64,000 nucleotides of DNA from Basidiobolus meristosporus CBS 931.73. Lineage: Eukaryota > Fungi > Basidiobolomycota. The translations under genes were made by a program, and so were the position numbers. Below, one piece after another: positions 34,760 through 47,773 of the stretch. Under the pieces are notes generated by a model. It was not told where the DNA came from. It did no database searches and saw only the letters and a program-made list of their open reading frames with translations. How positions within the stretch are numbered: position 1 is the stretch's first letter; every line of letters starts with the position of its first letter. Location: positions 1-64,000 of the forward strand of contig MCFE01000067.1 in the NCBI GenBank assembly GCA_002104905.1. The letters run 5' to 3'.

Positions 34760-36261
34760 TTAAACGCAGGCCTTTGTGCCGCATTTGCTGTCTGAGGGAT
34801 TAGGTTCACGGTAGAACGGTTGACTTTGCAGGCACTCGGCAAGGTTGACCACTCTCCAGCCTCTTCCCAGCAGATAATCGATAGAGCGCTTGGCAAGTGG
34901 AATGGTTCTGGGTAGCTTTCGGGCCTGAAGTCGGCAGTTGTGTTCCACACATCATGGTTCAGGGAGATGAATTTGCCAACTTGAGGACTGGTCGATCCAG
35001 TCTGATCAACATACTCTTGGTACATCTCATCAATGGAATTCACCGGATTCCAATCAACTGGATCCACATTCCAGTTGACAACGGTGTAGCCCATCTTGTA
35101 AAGAATCTTGCGTGATGGTCCATCAGTGTCGCCATAAGGGGGTCTCATGCAGGTAGGAACCTTGCCGAGGACTTTACTGAAGGCGTGATTCAGTCGGGTC
35201 ATTTCGTAGACAACCTCTTGCTCACTCACGGTGATGAGGTCAGTGTGGGCCCAGGTGTGAGAGCAGATCTGATGTCCGGATTTGTAGGCGCGTCTGACGA
35301 CATCGGCAAGCTCGTAGATGGTCAGCATAGGGTTTCCAGTGTCACCATTCTTCCTGTTGTTCCCGTTGATGAAGAAAGTGGCCTTCACCTTCACTTCATC
35401 CAGATAATCCAACAACCCTGAAGTCAGAATGCTTGGTCCGTCATCGTAGGTGACCGCGAAGGTTCCAGCGGCCTTACATCCTGTAATCACCTCGGCCTCG
35501 ACTTTGTTGTCGCAAATGCCGAAGTCTTTTTGACAGCCTGTAGAACAGTGTCCGGATGTGTAACCACAGTAGCCAGTTTTGCCACAACACAGACCAGGAG
35601 CGCATGAGCCATACTTGGAGCCACACTGTTCATCGAGGTACTTCAGCACAGTCGGAGTCGAGGTAGGCTGAGTGGTGGTGGTGGTAGAGGTGGAGGTAGT
35701 GGATGTCGATGTGGATGTTGTCTGAAATGATGTATTAGAACTGGTGCCAGTAGTTCTTGTAGCAGACGAGGACTGGGAAGTAGCTGCACTAGTTGTAGAG
35801 GTTTTGGTAGTCGTCGATTGAGACGATGGGGTAGAAGTAGGCTTGGATGAGCTGGAGCTTGTAGTGGTCTTTACGCCACAAGTGCCATACTTGATCTGGC
35901 ATTTTCCAGTGCAATGATCGGACGAGTAGCCACAGTAGCCCCATTCACTGCAACACAAGCCTGTGTCGCAGGTGCCATAGTTTGAGCCGCACCGTTCATT
36001 GAGTTTCTTCAAGCCACTACTACAGGTGCCGTACTTCTTCTGACAGCCGTCGGAGCAGTGATCGGACGAGGTGCCGCAGTACCCCCATTGACTACAACAC
36101 AGCCCCGACTCACAAGAGCCGTACTTGGAGCCACAGCGTTCATTGAGCTTAGCCAAGGCGTTGGCTCTAGTGACCAGTGGTCCGTACCTATCATTGGCTG
36201 GAGCACTTTCAGCGGATTTTGCAACCAGTGCAATGACGAGTAGAGCCAGGGATGATTTCAT
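34760..36261 (-). CDS. Chitin deacetylase 6 (3 CBM18 + CE4) with a single -1 frameshift at 34910-34912 (pseudogene or sequencing error)
   Basis: All five CE4 motifs precede the shift. GGG here versus GGGG at 26120-26123 in CDA4. The normal C-terminus continues in ORF 34760-34948. Confidence 0.8.
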
Positions 36262-37021
36262 GGCTGAGACCTAGAAACTCGAGAAATCTGAGAAAATAGC
36301 AAGGAAATGGCGTGGCTTATAAAGAGAGCGGACTTCCATGGTGTGAATGAGCAATCTAAGTGAACAAATTAGCGTGCAGCACTGGAATCATTCGAATGCG
36401 CGAGATAATCGAACGGTCAAGAGCTACCGGTTTGCCTTCCGTAGTACCTGATTGCGCTTAATGGCCATAATCCCATAGGGGGGACGTACTAGCGAGTAGT
36501 GTGACAGTAGCACAATGGCGCTAAGTAAAGAAGTCTACCTGAGGCTGGCCAATTTGGCATTTATCTATAAGGAAAAAGCTTCTTCTAATACAGACGGGGT
36601 GTGAATAGAAACCAGTCTGTCACAAATACCATAAATTAGTTGGTCGAATCAGGATGCTCGAACTCCCTCGGAATTCCCCTGTTCTTTTGATGGGATAACT
36701 CAACTGGTAATTTACCGGTTTCTCGGGGAAGTTGAAAGAACCATCTAAAAATACTTTGCATTAGAGCTGGCTCTAAGCAAGGTAAACTCATCTAGGTATG
36801 GTCACTGTTTCTAATTCCATTTGAACAATCATTGAGTGATATACCACATGCGCCTAATACCACGTGCCAACTGTAATTATGATTGATGATCGTCAAGATA
36901 TCCAACAGGATTGAATTGCGCATCCATCAAAGAGTGTATTTCAAAGAGGTTTATTATGTATAGAGGTGAGCTAGTAATGGCGGACAGTCGGGCTATCAAA
37001 ATGTAGCTATAACCAATTCTC

Positions 37022-37403
37022 TTAATCGAAAAGACCGAAGCCCATGTCATCATCGGATTCCTCCTTGGCCTCTTCCTTGACCTCCTCAGCGGGAGCGGCA
37101 TCAGCGGCACCAGCAGCGGCAGCACCACCGGCAGCAGCAGGGGCGGCACCAGCGGAACCGACGTTCATCAACAAATCGCCGAGGTTCTTACCGGCCAAAG
37201 CCTTAGCAAAGAGGGAAGCCCAGACAGGCTCGACTTCAACACCAGCAGCCTTGGTGAGGGCAGTGAGTTTGTCAGCCTGAAAATTAGGTAACGGTTAGTA
37301 CGGGCAGCATGTTTGTGGCGAACATTCCGGAACTTACGGTGATCTCAACACCGTCATCTTGGAGGATGAGGGAAGCGTAGACAATGGCTTGTTCGGCAGA
37401 CAT
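37022..37403 (-). CDS. RPP1: 60S acidic ribosomal protein P1; exons 37403-37338 and 37276-37022, 106 aa
   Basis: [22 protein letters not shown]|[27 protein letters not shown]...[13 protein letters not shown]. 61-nt intron GTAAGT..ACTAAC..CAG. Confidence 0.97.
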
Positions 37404-38231
37404 GATTTACAGAGTAAAGGAGAAAGAATTCACAACTCAGTAACAACCTACTTTTACAAATCATTATCCCGGGTAAACTTTACATAGAAATCTTTGATCC
37501 TTGCTTGTGCCGAAATAAATCTGCATGAATGCCAAGGTTGTGATACTTCTATTGATTGCCCTTGATTATCCTCAGAACATGCGATTCACCATATCTGGCA
37601 ATGAGTATCCCGGACCTTATTCCCAGCCATTCTCTTCCCATATCATATCTTCCGCATGTATTCCGCATTGAGGATATCAATTCCCCAGGAAAAAATCCTC
37701 CCATTGATTAAGGAGCCATCATTATTTACTACGAGAGATCTTCACCAATGGTACTGATGGTGATAGCATTAATATTGACTAATCCAAACAGTTATGAATT
37801 GAATCGATCAATCAATTTAACCCACACTACACTTACACCAACTCTTGAATAATTAGAGGTGAACCTTTAGTTGGGCTGAAAACATCCGAAGTGTAATCCA
37901 GTCCCATCTACTGATTCTTACTTTTCCTTGGAGGTTTTTTTCAGCGTATATAGGCGTAAGTGTTCCCTTCCTCCCGACCAACGATGCGTCTGTGAAGACT
38001 AGGCTTGTTTGTTAATCTGCTTTATCAGGGTTTTCCCTTTCCTGTTGGTTATTCTATTACCAGTCCAAGTCTCAAGGAAAGATCGTTTTGTCACAAAAGG
38101 TATTGGAGGGTTGGCATGTAGCTTTGAATTGTTAGGATTGACCAATCTGTAGAGACAACCTATTCAGCTGAGATGACCTTTTCTGATCGGTTTTTCTTCT
38201 AAAGTTTGCTAGACTTCAGTAACACTTCAAG

Positions 38232-41169
38232 ATGGCCAGTTTGGAAATGAAGATACAGGAGATCTACCGAAAGATTTCGGTGGAGGAGAAGCTCATGGAG
38301 GGTGTTCAAAGCATGTTGCGCAAGCACACTGGTCAAGATATCATATCCCAATGTGAGAATCAGATAGCCGAGTCCCAAAGACGTATTGATTTTCTGCACA
38401 ACGAGTTACAAAAGCTTCAAATGAAGTCCCAGCGTGGTCCACATGAAACCAGTCCGCATAACAGCGTCTCTAACGATCCTTCTAGTCCTGGTAATCAACT
38501 AAGCTCACCAACCAGTTCCTCGTTTGGCAATCGTCCAGGAAGTGACTCTTTCAGTCCCAGCGTGATGTCACAGGCAACCTCTGACAAATACGACTCTCTA
38601 GCACATAGTTTGTCCGCTTTAGATCTGAGAAGAGCCGATACTGAAATCACTCCACAAAAAGTTGCCATGAAGCTACACGAAATCGGATTCAAGCTGAATG
38701 TTGAACAAAAAGTACGCGAAGGCTCATCGAAATTAAACTCTCTCTACTCGGATCCCTCTCAAGGGGATAGAAAGAAGAGGGCTGAAGCCGCCGCTCAGTT
38801 AGCTGAGAGTAACGAAAAGGTGGGTCTGTTGAAGAGAGCACTCCAGAAATACCAGGGGCTTTATATCGATGAGGCGGGAGATGGGAGCGACATCAATGCT
38901 TTCTCCCCCGCCATCAGACGCCCCCAAACAGGTAGGTTGATCATTCACATTGCGACCACCCGTAATCTAGCCCACCCTTCCGCACGCCTCTTTCGAAGCA
39001 ACGAAACGCTGGCGGTCTTGAGCATTGATGGCACCGCTAGGGGCCGCACCAGACCAAGCAGAAATGGAAGGTGGGGAGAGGAGTTTGAGTTTCAAGTAGA
39101 CAAAGCCTCCGAGGTGGAGATCGTCTTTTACGACAAATCGGGGGATACCTTGGTGCCCATAGGCATGGTCTGGTCCAAGATTGCTGATATCTCCGAGGAA
39201 ATCCGTAAAAACCAACTCAACCAAAAGCTAGCGGGAAATACGGACCCTTCTCTGCTTAGCACCAGAATCGACTGCAATCTAGACGTCGAGCCGGTCGGCC
39301 AGGTTACCTTGCGACTTGATTTCATCAAGGAGACGGGGGCTAAACGGCAAGCATCAAGACTTGGACGTCAAGGTGCCGTGCGCAAGAAGAAGGAGGTTGT
39401 CGAGCAGAACGGTCATCGATTTGTGGCACAGCAATTCTACCAAATCATGAAGTGTGCCCTGTGTGATGAATTTCTTCTCAACGCTGCTGGCTATCAATGT
39501 GAGGATTGTAAATATACTTGCCACAAGAAATGCTACCCCAAGGTGGTGCTCAAGTGTATTACCAAGGCTAGCGGAGACATGAATCCGGAGGAGGAACGTT
39601 TAAACCATCGTATCCCTCATCGCTTCGAGAAGTTCACCGCGTTCTCTCCAAACTGGTGTTGTCACTGTGGTTACATGCTGCCTTTGGGCAAGAGAGGAGC
39701 CATGAGATGTACAGAATGCGATATCACCTGTCATGAGAGCTGCCATCACCTCGTGCCCGATTTCTGTGGTATGTCGATGGCCATGGCGAACGAGATCATC
39801 TACGAGATCAAGCAGGCCAAGAAAAAGAGCCAAGAGCATCGCCAACAACGTCCCGTTCCACCTAAAATTCTGGTGGCACCTCCTACCAAGCTTGAACAGA
39901 ATGCGGTGCAACCACCTACCACTCCGCAATACTTCTATGATCCCAAGGCACAGGAAGCTCCGGTGGTGGTAAGCGAGAAGGTTGCGCCTCAATTACCCAA
40001 GCCCGTTGCTCAGCAGAAGAAGAAGACTGGCCTGGAGGACTTCAATCTTCTCGCGGTGTTAGGGAAGGGAAACTTTGGTAAAGTTATGCTGGCTGAAGAG
40101 AAGAGCACCCGTAATCTCTATGCCATCAAAGTGTTGAAGAAGGAGTTCATCATTCAAAACGAGGAAGTTGAAAGCACCAAGTCGGAAAAACGAGTGTTCC
40201 AAGCGGCGAATCGGGAGCGTCATCCATTCCTGGTTGGGCTTCATTCCTGCTTCCAAACAGACACGCGCATATACTTCGTGATGGAATACATCCGAGGTGG
40301 TGATTTGATGTTGCACATTCAGCGGGAGCAATTCTCAGAAGCCAGAGCCAAGTTCTACGCCTGTGAGGTGCTGTTAGGCCTGGAGTATTTCCACAAGAAC
40401 AACATTGTTTATCGGTAAATCAAGAAAACCCATCCTCATCCACCCCTCAGAGCGGTGTACTAAATGCATGAATCTATCTAGGGATCTCAAGCTTGACAAC
40501 ATTCTCATCACTCTGGAGGGACACATCAAGATCGCCGATTACGGTCTATGTAAAGAGAATATGTACCACGGGGCCACCACCAACACCTTCTGTGGTACAC
40601 CGGAGTTCATGGCTCCGGAAATTTTGTTAGAGCAACGCTATGGCAGAGCTGTGGACTGGTGGGCATTCGGTGTGCTGATATACGAAATGTTGCTCGGACA
40701 GTCACCTTTCCACGGAGAAGATGAGGACGAGATATTCGACGCGATTCTGGAGGATGAGGTGCTCTACCCGACCAACATGTCCCGTGACTCGGTGTCCCTC
40801 ATTCAGAAGCTCCTGACACGTGATCCGGAGAAGCGATTGGGATCCGGTAGATCTGATGCGGAAGAGATCAAGAGACACCCGTTCTTTAGAGGCGTCAACT
40901 GGGACGATATTTTACACAAGAGAATCGAGCCTCCGTTCAAACCCAGAATTGTAAGTGAACCCTGCGAAGAGCCCCCAATTCCTAAGATCCAAACTGACCC
41001 TTCCCTTCTTTTCCCGTAGACTTCAAGAACGGATATCTCTAATTTCGACACGGAGTTCACCCGTGAGAAGCCAGTGCTGACCCCAGTGCAAAACATGCTG
41101 GACTCGGTGGATCAAGAGGAGTTCTACGGATTCTCCTACCAGGCGGACTGGGCGGGCGAATCTTGGTAG
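38232..41169 (+). CDS. PKC1: Fungal protein kinase C; exons 38232-40414, 40482-40950, 41020-41169, 933 aa
   Basis: HR1a/HR1b, C2, pseudosubstrate [11 protein letters not shown], two C1 zinc fingers, kinase [28 protein letters not shown], and AGC tail FYGFSY. The introns (67 and 69 nt) restore the frame. Confidence 0.97.
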
Positions 41170-41196
41170 GACGAACGTTGAGCATTATACCCTTCT

Positions 41197-41228
41197 CCAT
41201 AGCCATAGCCACAGCCATAGCCACAGCC
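41197..41228 (+). repeat. (CCAYAG)5 microsatellite in the PKC1 3' UTR
   Basis: CCATAG CCATAG CCACAG CCATAG CCACAG CC. Confidence 0.6.
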
Positions 41229-41616
41229 CCTCCCTTCCACCACCACACCATCCCTCTAGTTTATATTCTAGCTTTTCCTCAGTGAGATTTGTTTATTGTT
41301 AATATATATACGGAAGTTATCCTTGATTGTTGGTTTCTAGTTACTTGAAGCATTAATTTTACCAATGAAAGCAATCGTAATCATCACAACCACTGCTACA
41401 GACCCTCTCTAGGAGCTTCTCACTCACTCTTTCGTCTTCCAGATAGATCCTTAGTACTCGATCGAAAATTTCGCGGTCAAAAAGATTTATTCAGTACGAA
41501 AGTGGGGGTGGGGGAGGGGGAGCGGATTAAATGGAGTATCTATATGCATATATGGTGACAACATCAAGTGGGTTTAATTCATGTGTGATTGTTTGGTAAA
41601 ATGCTCTGGAATACAA

Positions 41617-44600
41617 TTAATTAGTGCCTAAATCTTGTTGGATGACTAATGCGTAGTATTGTCCTTTGAGGGCCATTAGTTCTTCGTGGGTGCCTTGTTC
41701 GTTGACAACTCCATTCTTGAACACGTAGATGACATCGGCCTTCTGGATGGTGGACAGACGATGGGCAACCGCGATGGTGGTTCTACCCTTGGCGGCGTTA
41801 TCGAGGGCGGTTTGAACCACCTTCTCGGACTCGGCATCCAGGGCAGAGGTCGCCTCATCCAGCAACAGGATCTTTGGGTTTCTGATCAATGCACGAGCAA
41901 TGGCAATACGTTGCTTCTGACCACCGGAAAGTTGAGATCCCTTGCTACCAAGTGGGGTGTCATATCCCTTGGGAAGTCCCATGATGAAATCGTGGATGTT
42001 GGCATCGCGAGCCGCCTTTTCAATCTCCTCTTGGGAGGGAACGCGATCGACCAAACCGAAGCAGATGTTTTCTCTGATAGTCATGTCGTAGAGAGTGGGT
42101 TCTTGGCCGACCAAGGCGATGTGTTTGCGTAGGTCGTTGATGTTCATTTGACGGACATCCTTGCCATCGACCATCACATTGCCGGAAAGAACGTCGTAGA
42201 AACGCTCGGTAAGCCCGATCACAGTACTCTTACCGCATCCAGAGGGTCCAACCAAGGCAGCGTATTGTCCAGGGCGGATATCAAGGTTGAGCCCGCGAAG
42301 AACGGCCACACCTGGACGTGTGGGGTAACGGAAGTGGACGTTGTTGTATGTAACACGGCCTTCGATGGCAGGTACCTTATCTCCCTCATTGGTAGAAACA
42401 TCAATCAAGGGCTGACGATCCAGGAGATTAATAATGTGACTGGCGGCGGATTTGGCTTTGCTGATGTCGGGGACGAAGGAGAAGATGTTACCAGCACTTT
42501 GAGCGCCGAATACGATGGACATGAAGATGACCATGAACTTTTGAAGGTCGTATTCACCGTTAGCAATAAGGGTACCACCATACCAGAAGCCGAGGGCATT
42601 GACCAAGAACACGATGGCTTGTGAGAGCGCGAAGATGAAGGATGAGCCGAACGCATTCTTGATACCTTCCTTCACGGGTCCATCGAGTTCCTTGTGGTAC
42701 ATAGCACAGACATCTTGCTCACGGGTGAGTGAAGCAACGGTGCGCACTGCCGAGGCAGCTTCACAGGCAAGTTGAGCGGAGTATTCGTATGCCTTCTTCT
42801 GCTGCTCTTGATAACCGTTCATCATCTTCATTCTGATCACACCAGCACCCATCAACACCGGTACACAAGCGACCACAACCAAGGTGAGCTTCCATCCATA
42901 CACGAAGCCGATGATGAAACCGCCGACAATGGTGCAGAACACCTGAAGAATCGTACCGAGCGTAACACCGCTTACACCTTGAACGTGGGTGGCATCAGTG
43001 GAGAGGGCCGAGACCAGGGCACCAGTGTTGTTGGAATCTCTGTCGAACCAGCCGATCTCCTGACGAAGCATGGCATTGAAAGTCTTTGAACGAATTCTCT
43101 CGATCAACCGTTCTCCGGCGATACCAAAGAAGGTGCCCTGTGCGGTGTTGGAGATGAAAGCACAACAAGCGATAATCAAGAACATGGATGCCCAAAAGTT
43201 GATGTCCTTGATCAAAGTGGGGTTCGTGGGACTCATGACTGCGATGATCTTCGAGAACAAGATGGCAAAAATGGGGGTGACGAGACCAGAGACGACGGAG
43301 CCAGCCAAGCCGAGCAACATGAAGGATAGCTCTGGCTTGCTCAGCAGGTAAACGCGGTAGATCACGTAGATGAGGGAGTGGTTCTTCTCCTCATCGCCAT
43401 TCTCAAGGCTCAATTGGTTACCAGTGGAGTGCATGGATTGAACGGTGGTCTTGCGTCTCAGCTGGGAATCGATTGATTTCACAGCGCTGAGGTCGGTATC
43501 TTCCGGAGGCAGAGTGCCGTCAACCTCGTCATCGTCTTTCCTGGCGATCTTCTGGAGTTCGACCAATTTGTAATATGCACCCTTGGCTTCGATCAGCGAT
43601 TTGTGGGTTCCTTGTTCGACGATGTCGCCCTTCTCCATCACGATGATCTGGTTGGCGTTACGGATGGTAGAGAGACGATGGGCAATCACGATGGTGGTTC
43701 TGCCGGAACTGGCGCGGTCCAATGCCTGTTGCACGATTCCTTCGGATTGGGTATCTAGCGCAGATGTGGCTTCATCCAGAAGTAGAATACGAGGATCCTT
43801 CACGATGGCTCTGGCGATGGCAATTCTCTGTTTCTGTCCTCCGGAGAGTAAGAAACCTCTTTCACCGACGTGAGTATCATATTGGTCGGGAAGCATGGTG
43901 ATGAAGTCGTGAGCATTGGCCATTTTGCACGCTTCTTTAATAAGCTCCATCTTCTTCTCGGGGGAGGCGTTCTCGTGGGGTGTTCCGATTAATCCGTGGG
44001 CAACATTCTCGGCAATAGTGCATCTGAATAGAGTTGGCTCCTGCGAGACAAGTCCGATCTGTCTTCTCAACCAGTGAACATTGAGGTCTTCGATTGGGGT
44101 TCCATCCAAAAGGATTCCTCCTTGAATAGGGTCGTAGAATCTTTCCAACAGTTGGATGATGGTGGATTTACCGGAGCCACTAGCACCTACCAAGGCGACA
44201 GTGTGTCCTGGTTCGATGGAGAGGCTGATTCCTTTCAGGATGGGAACATCGGGACGGGATGGATAGTGGAAGAAGATGTTGCGAGCCTCAATTAAGCCTT
44301 GAGTAGGTTGGGTGGGCTTGATTCCTGCTTCAGAAGATGAGTCGATGGGAGGGATTCTGTAAATAGCCTCGTAAAGTTTTGACGCAGCACCCTGTGCGAA
44401 CGAGAAAGCTTGGAGATTGGGGGCAATATGACCAAGGGAAAAAGCACCAATCATCACGGCGAAGAACACATTCATCACCTGGCCCACATCGAGCTCGTTG
44501 TTGTTGATAAGCTTTCCGCCAAACCAGAAGGCAAGGGAATAGGCAGCATAGATGATAAGGAAGATCACGCCGATGCCCAATCCAGTAAGAAGGGACTTCT

Positions 44601-45485
44601 TCATTCCTTGTTTCTTGGCGTTGGCGATATTGACATCGTACATATCCCCTAGCTTCTTCTGTTGACCAAATGCCACGGCGGTGCGGATAGAGGAGAATAC
44701 CTCCTCGGCAAGGGTTCCCGAGAGGGAGTAGTAATCCAAGGCTTTCTTGACATACTTCGAATTGAAGAAATTCAACACTCCCACGGAGATGGCAATCAAT
44801 GGGATGATCACACACAACACCAGGGTGAGCTTCCAGTTCCTGGTGAATGCGATGATGAAGGCGGAGATGAAGGTCGCGATGTAGTTGATCGTTTGTGGAG
44901 CCTTCTCGGAGATACCGTCTTGAACCAAATGGGTGTCGCTCGTGATTCTGGTCGTCACCTCACCGGCACCCAGCTTATCAAACCAGGCAATGTCTTGACG
45001 AAGAACCGCCTCCAAGTAAGACTCACGGATTTTGCGTGTTTGACGTTCACCAGCGTAGACCCATGTGCACATGTAACCATATGTGGTAACCAGAACAGCG
45101 ATGGCAAGGTACACGAAGTACAGTGCGTATCTACCGATCTCTTTCTTGAATGCGTCCGGCGTCATCAAACCATACATCCAGTTACTCATCACACCTACCA
45201 ACTCACCAAAAATAATGCTAATGCCAGGTAATGGGTTAGTGAGGGGAAATATACTAAGGTTCTGGCCGCTTTCACTTACGTCATAACAGGCATACCAGCA
45301 CCTGCAATCATAGCGCAGAAGATACCGATGGTCATGAGAGTCCAGTCGAAGGATGTGGCAAAGTTGAACAGCTCTCTCATAGAAACCTTGGTTTCTTTCT
45401 CCTCGGTCTTGGTGTCCAAGGGGATCTTTTCATTCAAAGTCGAGTCCCCGTCTTTAGCGGGATCTTTTCGCTTATTAGTGGTCAT
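41617..45485 (-). CDS. Full-length ABCB (P-glycoprotein/MDR) transporter; exons 45485-45280 and 45217-41617, 1268 aa
   Basis: TMD-NBD-TMD-NBD layout. Walker A GASGSGKS and GPSGCGKS, LSGGQKQRIAIARA twice, ILLLDEATSALD twice. 62-nt intron GTAAGT..ACTAAC..TAG. Confidence 0.97.
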
Positions 45486-47470
45486 GATAATACAAGGAAA
45501 TTAGATGTGTGGTTGGATGGTGGGAGGTGAGCCCAATATATACCGGAGCCACATCCAACCGGAGAAACCTAGATGGTGGGCGAATTTCCGAAACTCGCTG
45601 ACCAGCTCTAGAATCTCCGGTATGATGCGCAAAAACGGAACCCACTCCAATGTAAACTAACTTTAATGTTGGGCCAATCAGATCGCCCGTCGGAGGGGGA
45701 AAGAATTAGAGTTTCCCCGAGAAGGGAGAGTGATCTGAATTTCCGGAAAGTAGGCATGAGATTTTCCTTGAACTCTGAATGGCGCACCTGCCACAATTCA
45801 TCCAATCCCGCACTATCGCCAAATCCTAATCCATTTGAGTTACCTTAAATCTGGATACTTCATTTACTTTGAGGTGTCTTCCTACATTGCATAGCGTTAC
45901 ACTGTGCATTCTGCTCAGTTCGTTGATGAATTTCTTGCCAGCGAACCAGATGGGCCCACCACTTTCGCTGTCCATCCGCCAAGTCGATTAACCCACAGCT
46001 CAGATTCGAAATCTATCCATGAAGATGGTCAGCATTTAGATCACTGAAGTTGGGTGGAAATCCATGGCTTACCATATTGAGTATTTCTAGATCTGACCAA
46101 CTACGTACATCTTAAACCAATTTCGCAGTGCAGAAGAGTGATGGTTCCTAGTTTAGACTTATTTGTTAATTCTTCCCACAAATAGTCACTGCTCCAGCAG
46201 TACGAATACCAAACCAAGAAATTCGTAGAGCGTACTATACGCTCCCAACTAGGGGAGGTTATGAAGTCAGCCTATGGATTTCAATTTGGTGCAAAGGGAG
46301 CGTAATCCACGGTCAGTTATAACAAGTGCCCATCTTTTATCTGTATCTTTTCATGAGACTTTCCCATCGACCAATCATGTCTTCCACCTCATCCATCGAT
46401 GCGTTCAGTCTACTGTTCATTTAGCATGGGGCAAGTCCAGTTGAATCCTCGTGATGGAAATTGACCAGCCAATAATGGGGCCTGAGTAACCAAAATCTAT
46501 ACCATGACCGTTCTTCCAAATTTATCCCCAAGGTTATTCCGCTCCATCTCACGAAAGATCTCATCAAAGGCGCTGCACGATAAGATTAACCCAGATTAGC
46601 TACTGAACCCTAAATCATTTGATCATTCATAACTTGGTAGATTTGTCCGCCAAGCCCTTCGTCACCCATCCAGAATGGTTCCCCAATACCACCCCCTCCT
46701 GCTGGATATTCCGGATCCATGGCCGTTCGGCGTTCACACACCCATGTGATTCTCACTTTTCATCTGAATGGTCAACTTTATTCTGCAGTACTCAATGTTG
46801 GTACTACCCTCATATCACACCACGAATCACCCACCATCTATATAACCGTTTCGTCTGCATCGATGATTTCCTCTTCGTGTCTGGTCTGTCTGGCGGCCTA
46901 CATCTTCCATGGAGTTCTTGCCGGATGTATATATACTATAACACCTACCCAAATCCCATGTACGATATGGTATCTGAAAAAAAGGTCGAGGCATCTAATC
47001 CCTATGTGTTCCAATTCCATCCCTTCATCTTCGCTGGTCTTCGTCTCTGAGCGGGTTGTATTACCTCAGCATCGAGAGTTGAAACCCCTCCAGATCTAGT
47101 TGGGATCAGTGCATCCCCGGTACCCATTTGGCCAATCCCCTTCCCTACACACCCAGTGATGACCGGAGTGGTGTCGCTCAAGATATGAAAGCTCGCCCCA
47201 GCGTACTGAATCACCATCCGGTGGGAGGCTGCCTCGAGGGGGGAATGGAGTGACGTATGAAACGGTCGGGCTCACGCTTTTCCATTTCTACTACTCGATA
47301 GACTCCGTCATTAGAAATCCGCCTCTTGAAAGGGGGGTTCTTGGCAATGGAGAGCCACGACATTGGTGATAAACGAGAGCCTATTACGCCACCAGGGCGA
47401 CTATAAATATGGGTACCAGAGACGGGGGAGGAAGATACGCAATCAGTGAGCGAATTCACCACTAAAGACC

Positions 47471-47773
47471 ATGGACAAAGCCAGCGCTAACCTAAAGGCC
47501 GCCACGGGCGCGGTGAAAGAGAACGTGGGAGAGATGATGGGTAGTGAGCGGATGGCCGCGGAAGGCAAGGAGACAAGAGCCCAAGCAAATATCGAACATG
47601 AGAGGGCTCAGGCTGAAGGATACACCCAGGGGGCTGGTGAGAAATTCAAAGGGGAGATGAAAGACACGGCCGGTGGCGCGATGGGTAATCGACAGATGGA
47701 GACCGAGGGGAAAGCTGATCATATCAAGGGCGATGCCCGTATGAGCGCCAACACCAAAGATGCCTGGCCTTGA
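47471..47773 (+). CDS. CsbD/Hmp1-like small stress protein, divergent copy 1 (100 aa)
   Basis: Same two-repeat G-x-x-KE..G..G...M.AEG pattern as the array but many substitutions. TATAAATA at 47402. Confidence 0.85.
   Translation: MDKASANLKAATGAVKENVGEMMGSERMAAEGKETRAQANIEHERAQAEGYTQGAGEKFKGEMKDTAGGAMGNRQMETEGKADHIKGDARMSANTKDAWP

Larger units (their letters stand above)
24674..36990 (-). repeat. Triplicated unit (tRNA-Arg, spacer, CDA gene, CDA promoter): ~24674-28370, ~29121-32790, ~33904-36990
   Basis: CDA4/5/6 promoters align for ~700 bp (e.g. GGCGTGGCTTATAAAGAGAGCGGACTTCCATGG). The 3' flanks align, and each unit ends in a tRNA-Arg(TCG) or its pseudogene. Confidence 0.85.

Noticed and set aside
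34738-34948. Programmed ribosomal frameshift in CDA6
   Set aside because: There is no X XXY YYZ slippery heptamer, and CDA3 and CDA4 encode the normal tail in frame. Indel or sequencing error is simpler.
41503-41525. G-rich tract GGGGGTGGGGGAGGGGG between PKC1 and the ABC gene
   Set aside because: Only three long G-runs; there is no canonical four-tract quadruplex.
46619-47099. 143-aa and 126-aa ORFs upstream of the CsbD array, with a desaturase-like HH string
   Set aside because: Non-canonical or weak starts, overlapping frames, no complete histidine boxes. I cannot call a gene.
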